From IMG/VR virus record IMGVR_UViG_3300037484_000104, positions 28,399 to 92,398 of that record: DNA of 64,000 nt; one strand, written 5' to 3'. Shown here in pieces: positions 19,829-29,305 of this stretch. Each line of letters begins with the position of its first letter. Position 1 is the first letter of the stretch. Source of the stretch: a virus. Made by a program: the position numbers and the translations under genes. The notes beneath the pieces were generated by a model. That model saw nothing but the letters and a program-made list of their open reading frames with translations, was not told where the DNA came from and made no database searches.

Positions 19829-19984
19829 TTAGTTTTTATAACCTGGAATTTTTGACATAAATTTATACTTATCCAATAGTTCTCTGGCTTCTTTTCTTGA
19901 CAATCGTTGTTTAGACTCTTTATTTCTAAATCTATTACAAACCTTGTCAATATTTTTTGATGTATAATTTCTATTTGTTATCAT
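19829..19984 (-). CDS. small basic hypothetical protein (51 aa)
   Basis: hand-translated MITNRNYTSKNIDKVCNRFRNKESKQRLSRKEARELL... Confidence 0.4.
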   Translation of the reverse strand: MITNRNYTSKNIDKVCNRFRNKESKQRLSRKEARELLDKYKFMSKIPGYKN

Positions 19985-20089
19985 ATTTCCTCCCAAGCTT
20001 CAAATTTCAATGTTCTTAGTTGACGTATAGTGAACATACTAATCAATATTGATGTAACCGTAGTTCCCTGTGCTTTGTAGATTTTTCCA

Positions 20090-21517
20090 TTAAATTGGAA
20101 AAGAAAGATTCTCATAATATTTTCGTATTATTCGTTTGTAACTATCTCTTTGAAAATCTCCTGATATAGGGATAATTTCATCAATATATTCAGAACTGCT
20201 AGTTTTTGAATTGATGATAATCCTATATTGTTCAAGTGTTAAAACAAATCTGTCATAAGATAGTCCTAGATAATCTAAGACATCTTGATTAAGATGTACC
20301 AGAAGAATTAATTTGTCGTTTGATGATACTAGTAAGCATGATTGTATAGTATTAATATGATTAAATGTGTTTTCAGCATCACTTGTCATAATATATCCAA
20401 ACTTACCATGTATAGTATCTTCTTTTCTACCATCAAAGAATATGTGTTGATTGAAGTCATTAGAAAGATCAATCTGTAAATTATCTTCTTGAAATAGACT
20501 AGATGAAGGTAATTCATCACTTAATAGTCTGCCAACAGATCCTTTTACATACTTTTCAGGTCTCTCATAAGATGTTATACCACATTCTTCAACTCTGCCA
20601 AAAGTTGTAGTGTAAGGTATTTTTAACCTATTTAATGTCCTCTCTATCTTTTGAGGTAGTGTAGAGTTTAGAATTATTAACTGTTGTAATTTGGGAAATA
20701 ACTTCTTTATTTTTGATTTAAGATAGTATTTTCTAATAAACCACAGTTTTAAATCCTTTAGAATGTTGTTTTTGAAATCCTCAACATTCTCAATGTATGT
20801 CTTATAGAGAAGTACGAAATCAAAAGCTGTAATTACTACAACTTCTGGCTCATACTCCTCTAACTCATTTCTTAAGCCATAAGTATCTTCATTATTGGGT
20901 ATTACTATTGTTATACCACATGTAAGTGGTAGTAATAGTCCAATTAGATAATTATAGGCAAATCCCATTTGTGCTAAGTAAATAGTGCTAGTATCGAATA
21001 TTTTGTTTCTTCCAAGTAATACCATAGTATCAAGAATTTTATCATGATCTATATATATTGGATTTAATGCTCTTGGTGAAATTACTAATATTGATGTATT
21101 TGTTTCAGATAAATCTCCATCTTCTAATGAAAATTGTATAAATGTGTCTATCCAAAGTATGTTACATAGAATGCTAGAATTATTATATACAGTAGCATTA
21201 TCCGTAATTACTAATTGAATATGAGATCTGGGTATTATTACAAGTAGGTCTTCAATATCTGATTTTATATCAAATAGTGCTAACCTATGCCTACTAAATA
21301 GTATTGCAAAGAATGTAATTATCCACTCAACACTGTTATTAGCAACTAATAAAATCCTAATAGGAGATTCATATGCTTTGTTTAGTATTTCAGCAAGTGC
21401 TTTAGACTTTCCAAATATCTCCCTATAAGTATAACTTTTATCTCTCTGTATCACAAAGATATTTTCTAAATAGAGTTCAAAGAACGCTATAATTTTTTTA
21501 ATCAAGTTGCTTTTCAT
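20090..21517 (-). CDS. AMP-binding (long-chain acyl-CoA ligase-like) protein, degenerate
   Basis: YTYREI, NNSVEWIITFFAI, TFGRVEECG (A5-like), GSVGR, DGRKEDTI (A8), YKRIIRK (A10); P-loop degenerate. Confidence 0.7.
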   Translation of the reverse strand: MKSNLIKKIIAFFELYLENIFVIQRDKSYTYREIFGKSKALAEILNKAYESPIRILLVANNSVEWIITFFAILFSRHRLALFDIKSDIEDLLVIIPRSHIQLVITDNATVYNNSSILCNILWIDTFIQFSLEDGDLSETNTSILVISPRALNPIYIDHDKILDTMVLLGRNKIFDTSTIYLAQMGFAYNYLIGLLLPLTCGITIVIPNNEDTYGLRNELEEYEPEVVVITAFDFVLLYKTYIENVEDFKNNILKDLKLWFIRKYYLKSKIKKLFPKLQQLIILNSTLPQKIERTLNRLKIPYTTTFGRVEECGITSYERPEKYVKGSVGRLLSDELPSSSLFQEDNLQIDLSNDFNQHIFFDGRKEDTIHGKFGYIMTSDAENTFNHINTIQSCLLVSSNDKLILLVHLNQDVLDYLGLSYDRFVLTLEQYRIIINSKTSSSEYIDEIIPISGDFQRDSYKRIIRKYYENLSFPI

Positions 21518-21845
21518 ACTGTATAATTGTTATTTTTTGATTACTAACAATAGGAGAGATTACTTCCTCTACTTTGAATGTTTGACCACTATTATGGATT
21601 GTTATGAGATACTCGTCACTATGAGTTGGTTCGGTTATTTGATTTTCGACTACCAAGGTCATTGTGTTTTGTTCATTAGTTATAATAAATCTACTATTTC
21701 TAGTAGAATTTATCTTACCCATAATCTTGTTAAAACATTTGGTAATGTTTGTAATAGCCATAATAGATGGATCTTTACCTACACTATGACGGGCTATCTC
21801 TATTTTTCTCATTGAGTTTAATAACTCATTACTATCTTTTGTCAT
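21498..21845 (-). CDS. hypothetical protein
   Basis: 115 aa ORF overlapping its neighbours. Confidence 0.5.
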   Translation of the reverse strand: MTKDSNELLNSMRKIEIARHSVGKDPSIMAITNITKCFNKIMGKINSTRNSRFIITNEQNTMTLVVENQITEPTHSDEYLITIHNSGQTFKVEEVISPIVSNQKITIIQYEKQLD

Positions 21846-22344
21846 GAAATATAGATTTATGTTTTAGGCTATCACTTAATAAGGACTTTTGATTTCCTAA
21901 GATGTTAGCACATTTCTTTTTTGGTAATATTGTACCAGCGGTAATGTTATTAGTCTTATCTGTATAATCAGATAAAAATAAAATTAGTTCCGATGACCCA
22001 GTTGATGTATCAGTAGGATCTTTTAGTTCTTCCAGGATTAAATAACCCTGTTTCATTTCCATTGACGATAATGCCCATATGTTCGATTCTTCATTATAAC
22101 CCAATATATTTCTTCCTGTTAATAGTGGAAGAATAAGTCCTTTGAGTTGAAGATTAATCTCCTTAATACGAGAATCTACTTCGTCGAGCATTTCTTGGAA
22201 ATACTTACTTGTATGTAATATAACTCCTGTTTCAGCACTGTTTGATCTGGCTTTAATTAAAAGTTCTTTATATAGTCTTAGTTTAAAGATATTTTTAGAA
22301 TATCGGACTATACGTTCAATTACTGTTTCTTCTTGTTTTTTCAT
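21832..22344 (-). CDS. hypothetical protein
   Basis: 170 aa ORF. Confidence 0.55.
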   Translation of the reverse strand: MKKQEETVIERIVRYSKNIFKLRLYKELLIKARSNSAETGVILHTSKYFQEMLDEVDSRIKEINLQLKGLILPLLTGRNILGYNEESNIWALSSMEMKQGYLILEELKDPTDTSTGSSELILFLSDYTDKTNNITAGTILPKKKCANILGNQKSLLSDSLKHKSIFHDKR

Positions 22345-22572
22345 GTTAATTGGTTTAATTCAGTTATAATACAACCTGTGAGGTTTGCAGACTTTTCATT
22401 GAAAATTTGTCTATTATTAATATCTGTCCAATTAGAATAATTAGTGATATTAGAATATTTAGTTTCATCATCATTTACTATTATTTTTGGAAAAATATTA
22501 TCTTTTAAATTTTCTAATGATTGCCTATCATTGCTAGAAACACGTATTATTAATTCATATCCCATAATTTAA

Positions 22573-22968
22573 TTATTTAAGATGAGTTTTTCTAATCATT
22601 TCACGAGCTAAGTCCATATCACCTTTGGTTTTAGTTAAATAACTTATTGCTTGTTTGATAGAGCATTTAGTAAAATCTCTTAACCTTTTTATTTCATTAG
22701 CTTCTGGAATGTAGGAAATAATTTCACTAACACTTCCATCTTCTAATACAAAGTAATCTCTTTTTTCAATAACTTTCGTGTTAGATTTAGTGTTCTGATC
22801 TATAAAGTCTTCTTTATTACCAAAATAGATCTCATTTTTTTGTAAATCCAAAGATACGAAATGTATCTTATCTACTTCATCTCCTTTATAAGTAATAATT
22901 TTCATACCTTCTTCTTTAGCATATGAAACTATTTCTTTTATTAATTTTTCTAGTTTTAAATCCGTCAT
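22573..22968 (-). CDS. protein with C-terminal EF-Ts N-terminal (UBA-like) domain
   Basis: ANEIKRLRDFTKCSIKQAISYLTKTKGDMDLAREMIRK matches the EF-Ts pattern VKELRERTGAGMMDCKKAL...GDIEKA.E.LRK. Confidence 0.65.
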   Translation of the reverse strand: MTDLKLEKLIKEIVSYAKEEGMKIITYKGDEVDKIHFVSLDLQKNEIYFGNKEDFIDQNTKSNTKVIEKRDYFVLEDGSVSEIISYIPEANEIKRLRDFTKCSIKQAISYLTKTKGDMDLAREMIRKTHLK

Positions 22969-23084
22969 ATAATTGGTTTTAGTTAGACATAGTAAAAAGA
23001 AGAGAGGTATGACATCACTGCCACCCTCTCTTGTGTCTAAAGGAGACTGATCCTTTAAACTATGAAAGATAAAAAAGGAGTAAT

Positions 23085-25259
23085 TTACTTAGTTTTAATT
23101 TCGGCAATTACTTTTAATTTATTAATGATATTAACCATATCATCTGGACGAGTACCTTTATAAGGTTTACTCTGTTTGATGAGCTTAGCAAGTTCTTCCT
23201 CGGATATACCTGCTTTTAAAGCTTCTACAGCTAATTCCTTAACTCTATTACTTTTTGTTTCCTTAGCAATTGCAGAGAAATTAGTTACTTTATCATTAGT
23301 ACGACTCTCTTCTATAATCTCTTGTGGAGTAGTTTCGGAAACTTCTTCGATTTTAATTGGTTCAGTTGAAAGTACTTCAGTAGATACCTCAGTATTTTCT
23401 ACTACTGGTTTAACTTCTTTAATGTTCTGTAACCGGGCTTTCTTTTCTTTTTCATGGAACGCTTTAAACCAAATGGTTTTAGAGCTATCGTCCATTTCTT
23501 TGTATAAATCAAATGTATTGAGATGTTGTAATGTAGCATTGTATGCGACAGCCCAAGCATCTTTGATCAAATCTTTCTTTTCAAATAGTATGCTTGAAAT
23601 AAGAGATTCGAACTCTACATTAGTTTTACACTGAATGATGCTTTCGTAAACATCTGCATACTCTTTAGAAGTAGCTAAATCTATGGATTTAGTTAAAGGA
23701 CGAAATAATGCGTTATCTACTTCGATTTCTGGATTTTCAGTAATAACTTCTTCTTTAACTGATTTGAAGTATTCTCCAGCTTGTTTACCTCCTAGTAATT
23801 TACGTACACTAAGGGGTTTTAAGAATTTTCTAACTTCATTCATTGCATTAGTGGACTTAGTCTTTAAACTTTCAAGAATAATAGACTTAACCTTTTCTTT
23901 AACAATATCTTCAGTAAGAGTTTCTTTACCTTCAATTGCTGCTTCATGAGCTGCTTCAACTAAAGCATCTTTATCTATAACTATTTCATCTGTAGCAGGC
24001 TCATTAACGATATTTACAGGCTCACCACTGACTTCTGTAGTAGCTTTGGATATATTACCCCAATGAGTCATTAGATCTTTCCAGAGAGGTTTAAATACAT
24101 TCTTTTGATCATCTGTGATATCAGTAACATCTTTAATAGATTTAATGAAATGAGGATAAGCATCTTTCTGTTTACCATCTTTTAACATCTGAATACATTC
24201 TGCAAAAAGTGAATCCTTTGTTAAACCTTCTACTGATGTAGTAGGAACTATCTCTTCTTCTATTGTTTCTACAGGTTTATTTGTAGATACAGTTAATCCT
24301 GTACCACTAGCTGTTAAACCAGGAGTTCCTTCGTTATTGAAAGCTGTTTTATCCTGTTGAGTAATTGAATCAGGACTAACGATAGAAGTTATACCTTTAC
24401 TTTCTAAATAGTTGGGATCTAACTTAGCTTTAAGTTGATCTATCCACATAGATAAAGATATCTCTTCCATATCATCTTTAGGTTCACAAATAGTACCTAT
24501 TCTATTAGGTAATACTTTAAATAAGAACCTTTGTTCAACGGCAGTTTGATCAAGAAGTTTAGATTTAACTGCTAAATCAATAGATAAGTTTAAAGCATTT
24601 TCTGCCATATTGTTATCAATTAATATTTTAGCAATTTCATCAATTTTATCTAAATCACTTGGATTAGCCTGAAGTAATATTTGTACTGCTTGTGGAAGAT
24701 CAATTAGACTACCAAATACTGTTTGACGCTCATATCCTTTGAACCACTGATCTTTAGGAGTAACAGTTATAATAGGAGATTGAGCTTTTGTATCTTTTTC
24801 TGCAGCTTTAACAAATTTCTTAGTGGCATCTACGGTTTTACCTTTAGGATTTACACTAGTTGCTTCAGCTTTAGTTAAAGTAACTTCTTGTTTTGTTTGA
24901 CGTTCTTCAATTGGTTGATCTTGTAGATCAGGATCAATTACGTTATTCTTAATGCTATTGACTATTTTTACATCATCTGGTGTAGGTATAATTAGTCCTT
25001 GACGGATATTTAATACTTCTGCAGTTAATGCTATACGTTTTTCTAATATTGAATGTAATGTAGCTTTGTTTTGATTTAATTGTGCTATATTAGCTCCAGC
25101 TACGGTTTTTTGAGATTCAAAGTATTTCATTAATTCAATAGTTTCACCTGGGGTGGCTACTAATACTAAATCACGAAGTAAATTACGATCGGTCTTTTGA
25201 ATTTCACCGATAAGATTCTTTGTTTCCTGATATTTTAATGCTAAATTTGTATTATTCAT
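23085..25259 (-). CDS. large Glu/Lys/Thr-rich hypothetical protein
   Basis: 724 aa ORF, helical/low-complexity. Confidence 0.7.
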   Translation of the reverse strand: MNNTNLALKYQETKNLIGEIQKTDRNLLRDLVLVATPGETIELMKYFESQKTVAGANIAQLNQNKATLHSILEKRIALTAEVLNIRQGLIIPTPDDVKIVNSIKNNVIDPDLQDQPIEERQTKQEVTLTKAEATSVNPKGKTVDATKKFVKAAEKDTKAQSPIITVTPKDQWFKGYERQTVFGSLIDLPQAVQILLQANPSDLDKIDEIAKILIDNNMAENALNLSIDLAVKSKLLDQTAVEQRFLFKVLPNRIGTICEPKDDMEEISLSMWIDQLKAKLDPNYLESKGITSIVSPDSITQQDKTAFNNEGTPGLTASGTGLTVSTNKPVETIEEEIVPTTSVEGLTKDSLFAECIQMLKDGKQKDAYPHFIKSIKDVTDITDDQKNVFKPLWKDLMTHWGNISKATTEVSGEPVNIVNEPATDEIVIDKDALVEAAHEAAIEGKETLTEDIVKEKVKSIILESLKTKSTNAMNEVRKFLKPLSVRKLLGGKQAGEYFKSVKEEVITENPEIEVDNALFRPLTKSIDLATSKEYADVYESIIQCKTNVEFESLISSILFEKKDLIKDAWAVAYNATLQHLNTFDLYKEMDDSSKTIWFKAFHEKEKKARLQNIKEVKPVVENTEVSTEVLSTEPIKIEEVSETTPQEIIEESRTNDKVTNFSAIAKETKSNRVKELAVEALKAGISEEELAKLIKQSKPYKGTRPDDMVNIINKLKVIAEIKTK

Positions 25260-25329
25260 TTGATTAATTGTTTTTGATTATATTAATACTATTTACAATT
25301 AATCACAAATTGTGAAAGGGGGAATTAGT

Positions 25330-25356
25330 AAAAAGCGGGGACACGACTCCCCTGCT
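25330..25356 (-). terminator. intrinsic terminator after bL12
   Basis: GC-rich hairpin AGCAGGGG...CCCCGC followed by U5 on the minus strand. Confidence 0.65.
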
Positions 25357-25373
25357 CACTTAATGAGTACTTT

Positions 25374-25730
25374 TTATGATATTGTTACACTAGCACCAAG
25401 CTCTTCAAGTTCTGTTTTTAAAGCTTTAGCTTCAACTTCCGAGATGTTTTCCCTTAATGTTACTGGAACAGTATCAATTACTGCCTTTGCCTGCATTAAA
25501 GTTATATCAGAATTACTGTTTTTCCAATACTTTATAACATCCATTTTTTTAGGACCTGAGTCATTTAGAATAACGTTAAATGTGGATTTTACATCTTCTT
25601 TAACTTCTTCTACTGCAGCTACTGCTACTGTTGGAGCAACGTATCCTAATAATTTTAGTTCTTCAACTAATTTACGAGCATCTTCTAAAGATAATCCATC
25701 TATTGCTTTTGCTATTTCTTTTGGTGTCAT
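25374..25730 (-). CDS. rplL: 50S ribosomal protein bL12 (L7/L12), full length
   Basis: NTD LSLEDARKLVEELK, Ala-rich hinge AVAAVEE, CTD FNVILNDSGPKKMDVIK...AKAVID.VP..L.ENISEVEA..LK.ELEELGASV. Confidence 0.9.
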   Translation of the reverse strand: MTPKEIAKAIDGLSLEDARKLVEELKLLGYVAPTVAVAAVEEVKEDVKSTFNVILNDSGPKKMDVIKYWKNSNSDITLMQAKAVIDTVPVTLRENISEVEAKALKTELEELGASVTIS

Positions 25731-25740
25731 TTTAATAATT

Positions 25741-25995
25741 TTATTTGGTTAGACTTGATAAAATGTTCGGTAAACCGGCTGTTAATGATCCAAAAAGAAG
25801 TGATAATACTCTTTTCTTTTCATTTGAAATAATTGGTTTAAAATAACCCCACTCACATGACAAAAATATGTCAGGAAATGTTTCTTTGTATTCTTTTACA
25901 ATTGGATCAATCTTTGATAAATTATCCTCAATTGCAAGTACTGTTGGTCTGGTATCATCCAACAATTGTCCCACTAATTTGATTTTTTCTTTCAT
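25741..25995 (-). CDS. hypothetical protein
   Basis: 84 aa ORF. Confidence 0.5.
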   Translation of the reverse strand: MKEKIKLVGQLLDDTRPTVLAIEDNLSKIDPIVKEYKETFPDIFLSCEWGYFKPIISNEKKRVLSLLFGSLTAGLPNILSSLTK

Positions 25996-26023
25996 ATATT
26001 ATTTTTAAATAGTTATTAATAAC

Positions 26024-26075
26024 TAGTGAGCTTGGAGGCCTCGAACCTCCAGTTTAGCCTGGTTACTAAGCTCTA
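26024..26075 (-). ncRNA. 52-nt tRNA-like element (acceptor, D-like and T arms; no anticodon arm)
   Basis: GAGCU/AGCUC stem, UGGAGG-UUCGAGG-CCUCCA T-arm, ends CACUA. Confidence 0.65.
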
Positions 26076-26081
26076 ATAGGA

Positions 26082-26879
26082 CTACTTTGTAGTCACTAAG
26101 TTTGAGATAGGAGTATTCCCATATAAAGGGGTATGTCCATCCCATTTGTCAATAAATTGTTGTGTAAGAACCTCTTTTGTTAAACCACCGGATAGAATAA
26201 GATTTTCCTGTGCTTTAAGTGCAGCAAGTTCATTACGTTTTCTTTGTTCAAGAATCTGTTGATCAATTACGGAAATATTAGTATTAACCTCATTTCGATT
26301 GTCGATTTTAGCGATAAAGTTAAAGCTAAAATCTAATTGACAAGAGAATGTCATTAATTCTAACCCTTTAATTTCAAATTCTTTTTTAACAATGATTTGT
26401 ATAGCATTTTCAAATTTTAATGATCCCCCATTAGCCATTAACTCATCAGTAGAGTATTTACGGGATTCCTCTTTCATCAAATCGTATATTTTAGTCTCTA
26501 GAATATTGTCTTCTAATGACTTCATAAACTCAGTACCTGAGCCTAAATGTTTATTGTCAAATACTAAATCGACAGAACGATTTTCAATAGCTTTATAAGA
26601 ATATAATGGCTTACTTGTAAATTCAGTATTATCTGATGCTTTTAAATGTAGTACACGATCTCCAAAATCAGCTCGTTGTTCCCATAAAGGAACTTGAAAT
26701 AATTCTGTACTCGGAGCAGCTACATTTACTCTACCCTTTTGAATAGAGAAATCAGACTTACCTTCTTTACCGTAATTTTCCATTAATACTCCCACATAGT
26801 TTGGAGCAACTCGTTCACACGATGTGAAATTGATGAATCCTAAGGTTAGGATCAAAAACATTAAACTTTTCCATTTCAT
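26082..26879 (-). CDS. SPFH/band-7 domain lipoprotein
   Basis: lipobox FTSC, VAPNYVGVL, C-terminal IDKWDGHTPLYG. Confidence 0.85.
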   Translation of the reverse strand: MKWKSLMFLILTLGFINFTSCERVAPNYVGVLMENYGKEGKSDFSIQKGRVNVAAPSTELFQVPLWEQRADFGDRVLHLKASDNTEFTSKPLYSYKAIENRSVDLVFDNKHLGSGTEFMKSLEDNILETKIYDLMKEESRKYSTDELMANGGSLKFENAIQIIVKKEFEIKGLELMTFSCQLDFSFNFIAKIDNRNEVNTNISVIDQQILEQRKRNELAALKAQENLILSGGLTKEVLTQQFIDKWDGHTPLYGNTPISNLVTTK

Positions 26880-27037
26880 TTGTTAAATTTTTTAAATTGT
26901 TTGATAATATAAGACACAGTTAATCCTAATAGAATTAAATAACTTGCAATACCTAACCATGAATTGATATGATTAAATACCCAATTTGATATAAATAATC
27001 CTAATAGAATTAAAACAATAATGATATAGTATTTCAT
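26876..27037 (-). CDS. small two-TM membrane protein, partner of SPFH (53 aa)
   Basis: hand-translated MKYYIIIVLILLGLFISNWVFNHINSWLGIASYLILLGLTV...; ATGA overlap with the SPFH gene. Confidence 0.6.
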   Translation of the reverse strand: MKYYIIIVLILLGLFISNWVFNHINSWLGIASYLILLGLTVSYIIKQFKKFNK

Positions 27038-27054
27038 AATCATTGTATTAAAGT

Positions 27055-27106
27055 TAGTGGAGTTGAGAGACTCGAACTCTCAAGTTGGCCTGAACCAGTA
27101 CTCCAA
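27055..27106 (-). ncRNA. 52-nt tRNA-like element (second copy)
   Basis: UGGAGU/ACUCCA stem, UGAGAG-UUCGAGU-CUCUCA T-arm, CAGGC and CACUA at the same offsets as copy 1. Confidence 0.65.
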
Positions 27107-27259
27107 ACAATCTCATTCTTATTATAAAGTTATGATGATTGTTGTTTCTTTACAAATACCGGATGTTTAGCAGTACTTGTTGTTTGTGCTTTCTCTGGGA
27201 ATAGATTTTTGATTGTATCTAATTCCTGTAGTGATTTGAACGTTTTACCAAGTGGTTTA

Positions 27260-27448
27260 CTAACTTTTGGATACATTTCTTAATATTTTAGAGATTAAAC
27301 CTGATCCGTCTATAAATAATAACGGACTTTTACGAAGTTCATCCTCAGTTTTATGAGGAAATGCATCTTTTACCAATTCTCTGTTAGAATTCCATTCTTG
27401 TACAGATTTACTGGATTTCATTAATTCAATGGCGCTTTGATGAGTCAT
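27260..27448 (-). CDS. hypothetical protein
   Basis: 62 aa; MKSSKSVQEWN...IDGSGLI. Confidence 0.55.
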   Translation of the reverse strand: MTHQSAIELMKSSKSVQEWNSNRELVKDAFPHKTEDELRKSPLLFIDGSGLISKILRNVSKS

Positions 27449-27724
27449 ATAATTTAGTTATGATTTCAGGATTAAATAAATAGATACTGTTAATTACTGA
27501 ATGTCTTGATGTAGGAAATCTACTAGAGGCTACAACTGTAGCAGGAAGTCTTCTAACTTGAAGTTTATAAGTTTGTAATCTAGATACTCTTTTTATTACA
27601 TAATTATACAATTCTGTTTTAGAAAAGTCAGTTAAGGTAATACCATTGATTTTACTTTTAGACCTATTCAAATCTTTGATTTCATCTTGAATTAGATCTA
27701 ATAACTTTTGTTTATAAGTTTTCA

Positions 27725-27958
27725 TTATAAATCTGATATATGTTCCCAATAGTCATGACCTTCTGGGGCTAGTTGCCAAGAAAATGCGTATATAATAAAC
27801 CATTCCCAGTTATCCGCACTATTAGCTTTTTCTCTTTGATAAATAGGATTAGTAACTTTCCATTTATTAGCTTTCCAATTCTTTACAAACTTAGTTTTGA
27901 TTTTAAGTTTCTTGAGTTTAGCTTCAAACTCTGGTTTAAATACTATTGTTCTAGACAT
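27725..27958 (-). CDS. hypothetical protein
   Basis: AFSWQLAPEGHDYW motif. Confidence 0.55.
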   Translation of the reverse strand: MSRTIVFKPEFEAKLKKLKIKTKFVKNWKANKWKVTNPIYQREKANSADNWEWFIIYAFSWQLAPEGHDYWEHISDL

Positions 27959-28373
27959 GATTAAATATTTTATGAGTTAAATAATGTACAAAGAACCATA
28001 TTATTCCTATAAATAAGAATATTTGTACAGATATATCAAAGAAATAGATATATACGATTATTCCTATCCAAGTAGAATTACAATATGGACATAGACCTAA
28101 TGGTTTAGCTAAATATGCTAATATATATAATATAGGTTTATTCTTATTATATTTCTTACATATACTACTATACCTAACTGTTTTATTTAACCATTTACCA
28201 TAGTTATTGAAGATCATACCAGGAGTCATATAATGTTGAAAACATAACTCTAGTAATGATACTATAAATCCTATTAAGAGATATAATACCATTACTAATG
28301 ATAGATTAATTAATACTGGTGTACTCATAAGTTGTCGCTTTGTTGAATCGACGAACAGCTTTGTATTTCTCAA
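27951..28373 (-). CDS. membrane protein (DUF1360-like CxxC pattern)
   Basis: KPLGLCPYCNSTW between TM helices. Confidence 0.6.
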   Translation of the reverse strand: MRNTKLFVDSTKRQLMSTPVLINLSLVMVLYLLIGFIVSLLELCFQHYMTPGMIFNNYGKWLNKTVRYSSICKKYNKNKPILYILAYLAKPLGLCPYCNSTWIGIIVYIYFFDISVQIFLFIGIIWFFVHYLTHKIFNHV

Positions 28374-28599
28374 GTACTGTTACTTCACGTAATTGTTCCG
28401 AATATACCGGAGATGTACAACCATTGTTACATAATTGTATCTCGTAATTGTTATTTCCGCTGTCTTCAGCAATTTTACAAATTGTACCTTTATCAGCATA
28501 TGAACAACCACATGATAAAATACCTACTGTTAAGATAGCTAACTGGCCTACTTTAAATTTACTCATTTTTCTTTGATTAAATGGTTATTATTAAGAAAA

Positions 28600-29300
28600 T
28601 ATATATTGTTTTGATTAATACATTATTTAGTAAAAATATCTCCGTATTTCACAACATTAGAGATAGATCTTTGAGTTTATTCAAATTAAATATTCGCTTA
28701 TATTACTACACGTATCAATAGTGTAGTCGCACAATTAGATAAATTAGAAGATAAAGGATCCAAACCTATTACAACTCTTTAATAGTATCTCTATTACATC
28801 TATACGACAAATACTTTCATATTTGAAGGCTAATACTAACCGAGTCTACTCAATTTGTTAGTTTTATTTAGCTGCCAATACAAATATTACATATGTTGAA
28901 GATATTGATAGATATCTCAATTCATATTTGTATTATATTATCACCGACTATTTACTAGGTAGGTGTAAGTATCAACAGGGTTTTTGTTTATTAGACACGG
29001 TCATATCATATTATAGATATTTAATCACCCCGAACGTTTACCTTAGTTTTGTTACAATATGTTTAAATAAAGTTATTCTAATAAAGCGTATACAGCCCCT
29101 CTATTAGAATGAGATTATAATCAACGTTTCTAAAATGTTGATACTCAGATATCATCTAGCGTTTTTGCCCACGATAGAGACGTTTTTATTATATAGTACC
29201 ATATATTATCTATATGGGATACCCTATTCTGCGCTTATCTAAAATAGGAGTACCAATTGTTTCATTCATACTTTTATTGACAGTCTCTGTATCAACTATC
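28600..29300 (-). ncRNA. candidate large structured ncRNA (~0.7 kb); strand inferred from flanking genes
   Basis: ORF-free; dense hairpins, e.g. 28705-28727, 28877/28934, 29120-29142. Confidence 0.4.
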
Positions 29301-29305
29301 TATTA

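Noticed and set aside
23176-25752. Plus-strand ORFs 23176, 23683 and 25312 (and similar antisense ORFs such as 44009, 47157, 49808)
   Set aside because: Antisense shadows of real genes, with Ser/Leu/Phe-rich composition and no motifs.
26024-27106. Canonical tRNA genes
   Set aside because: Only 52 nt, with no anticodon stem-loop and no encoded CCA; reported as tRNA-like elements instead.
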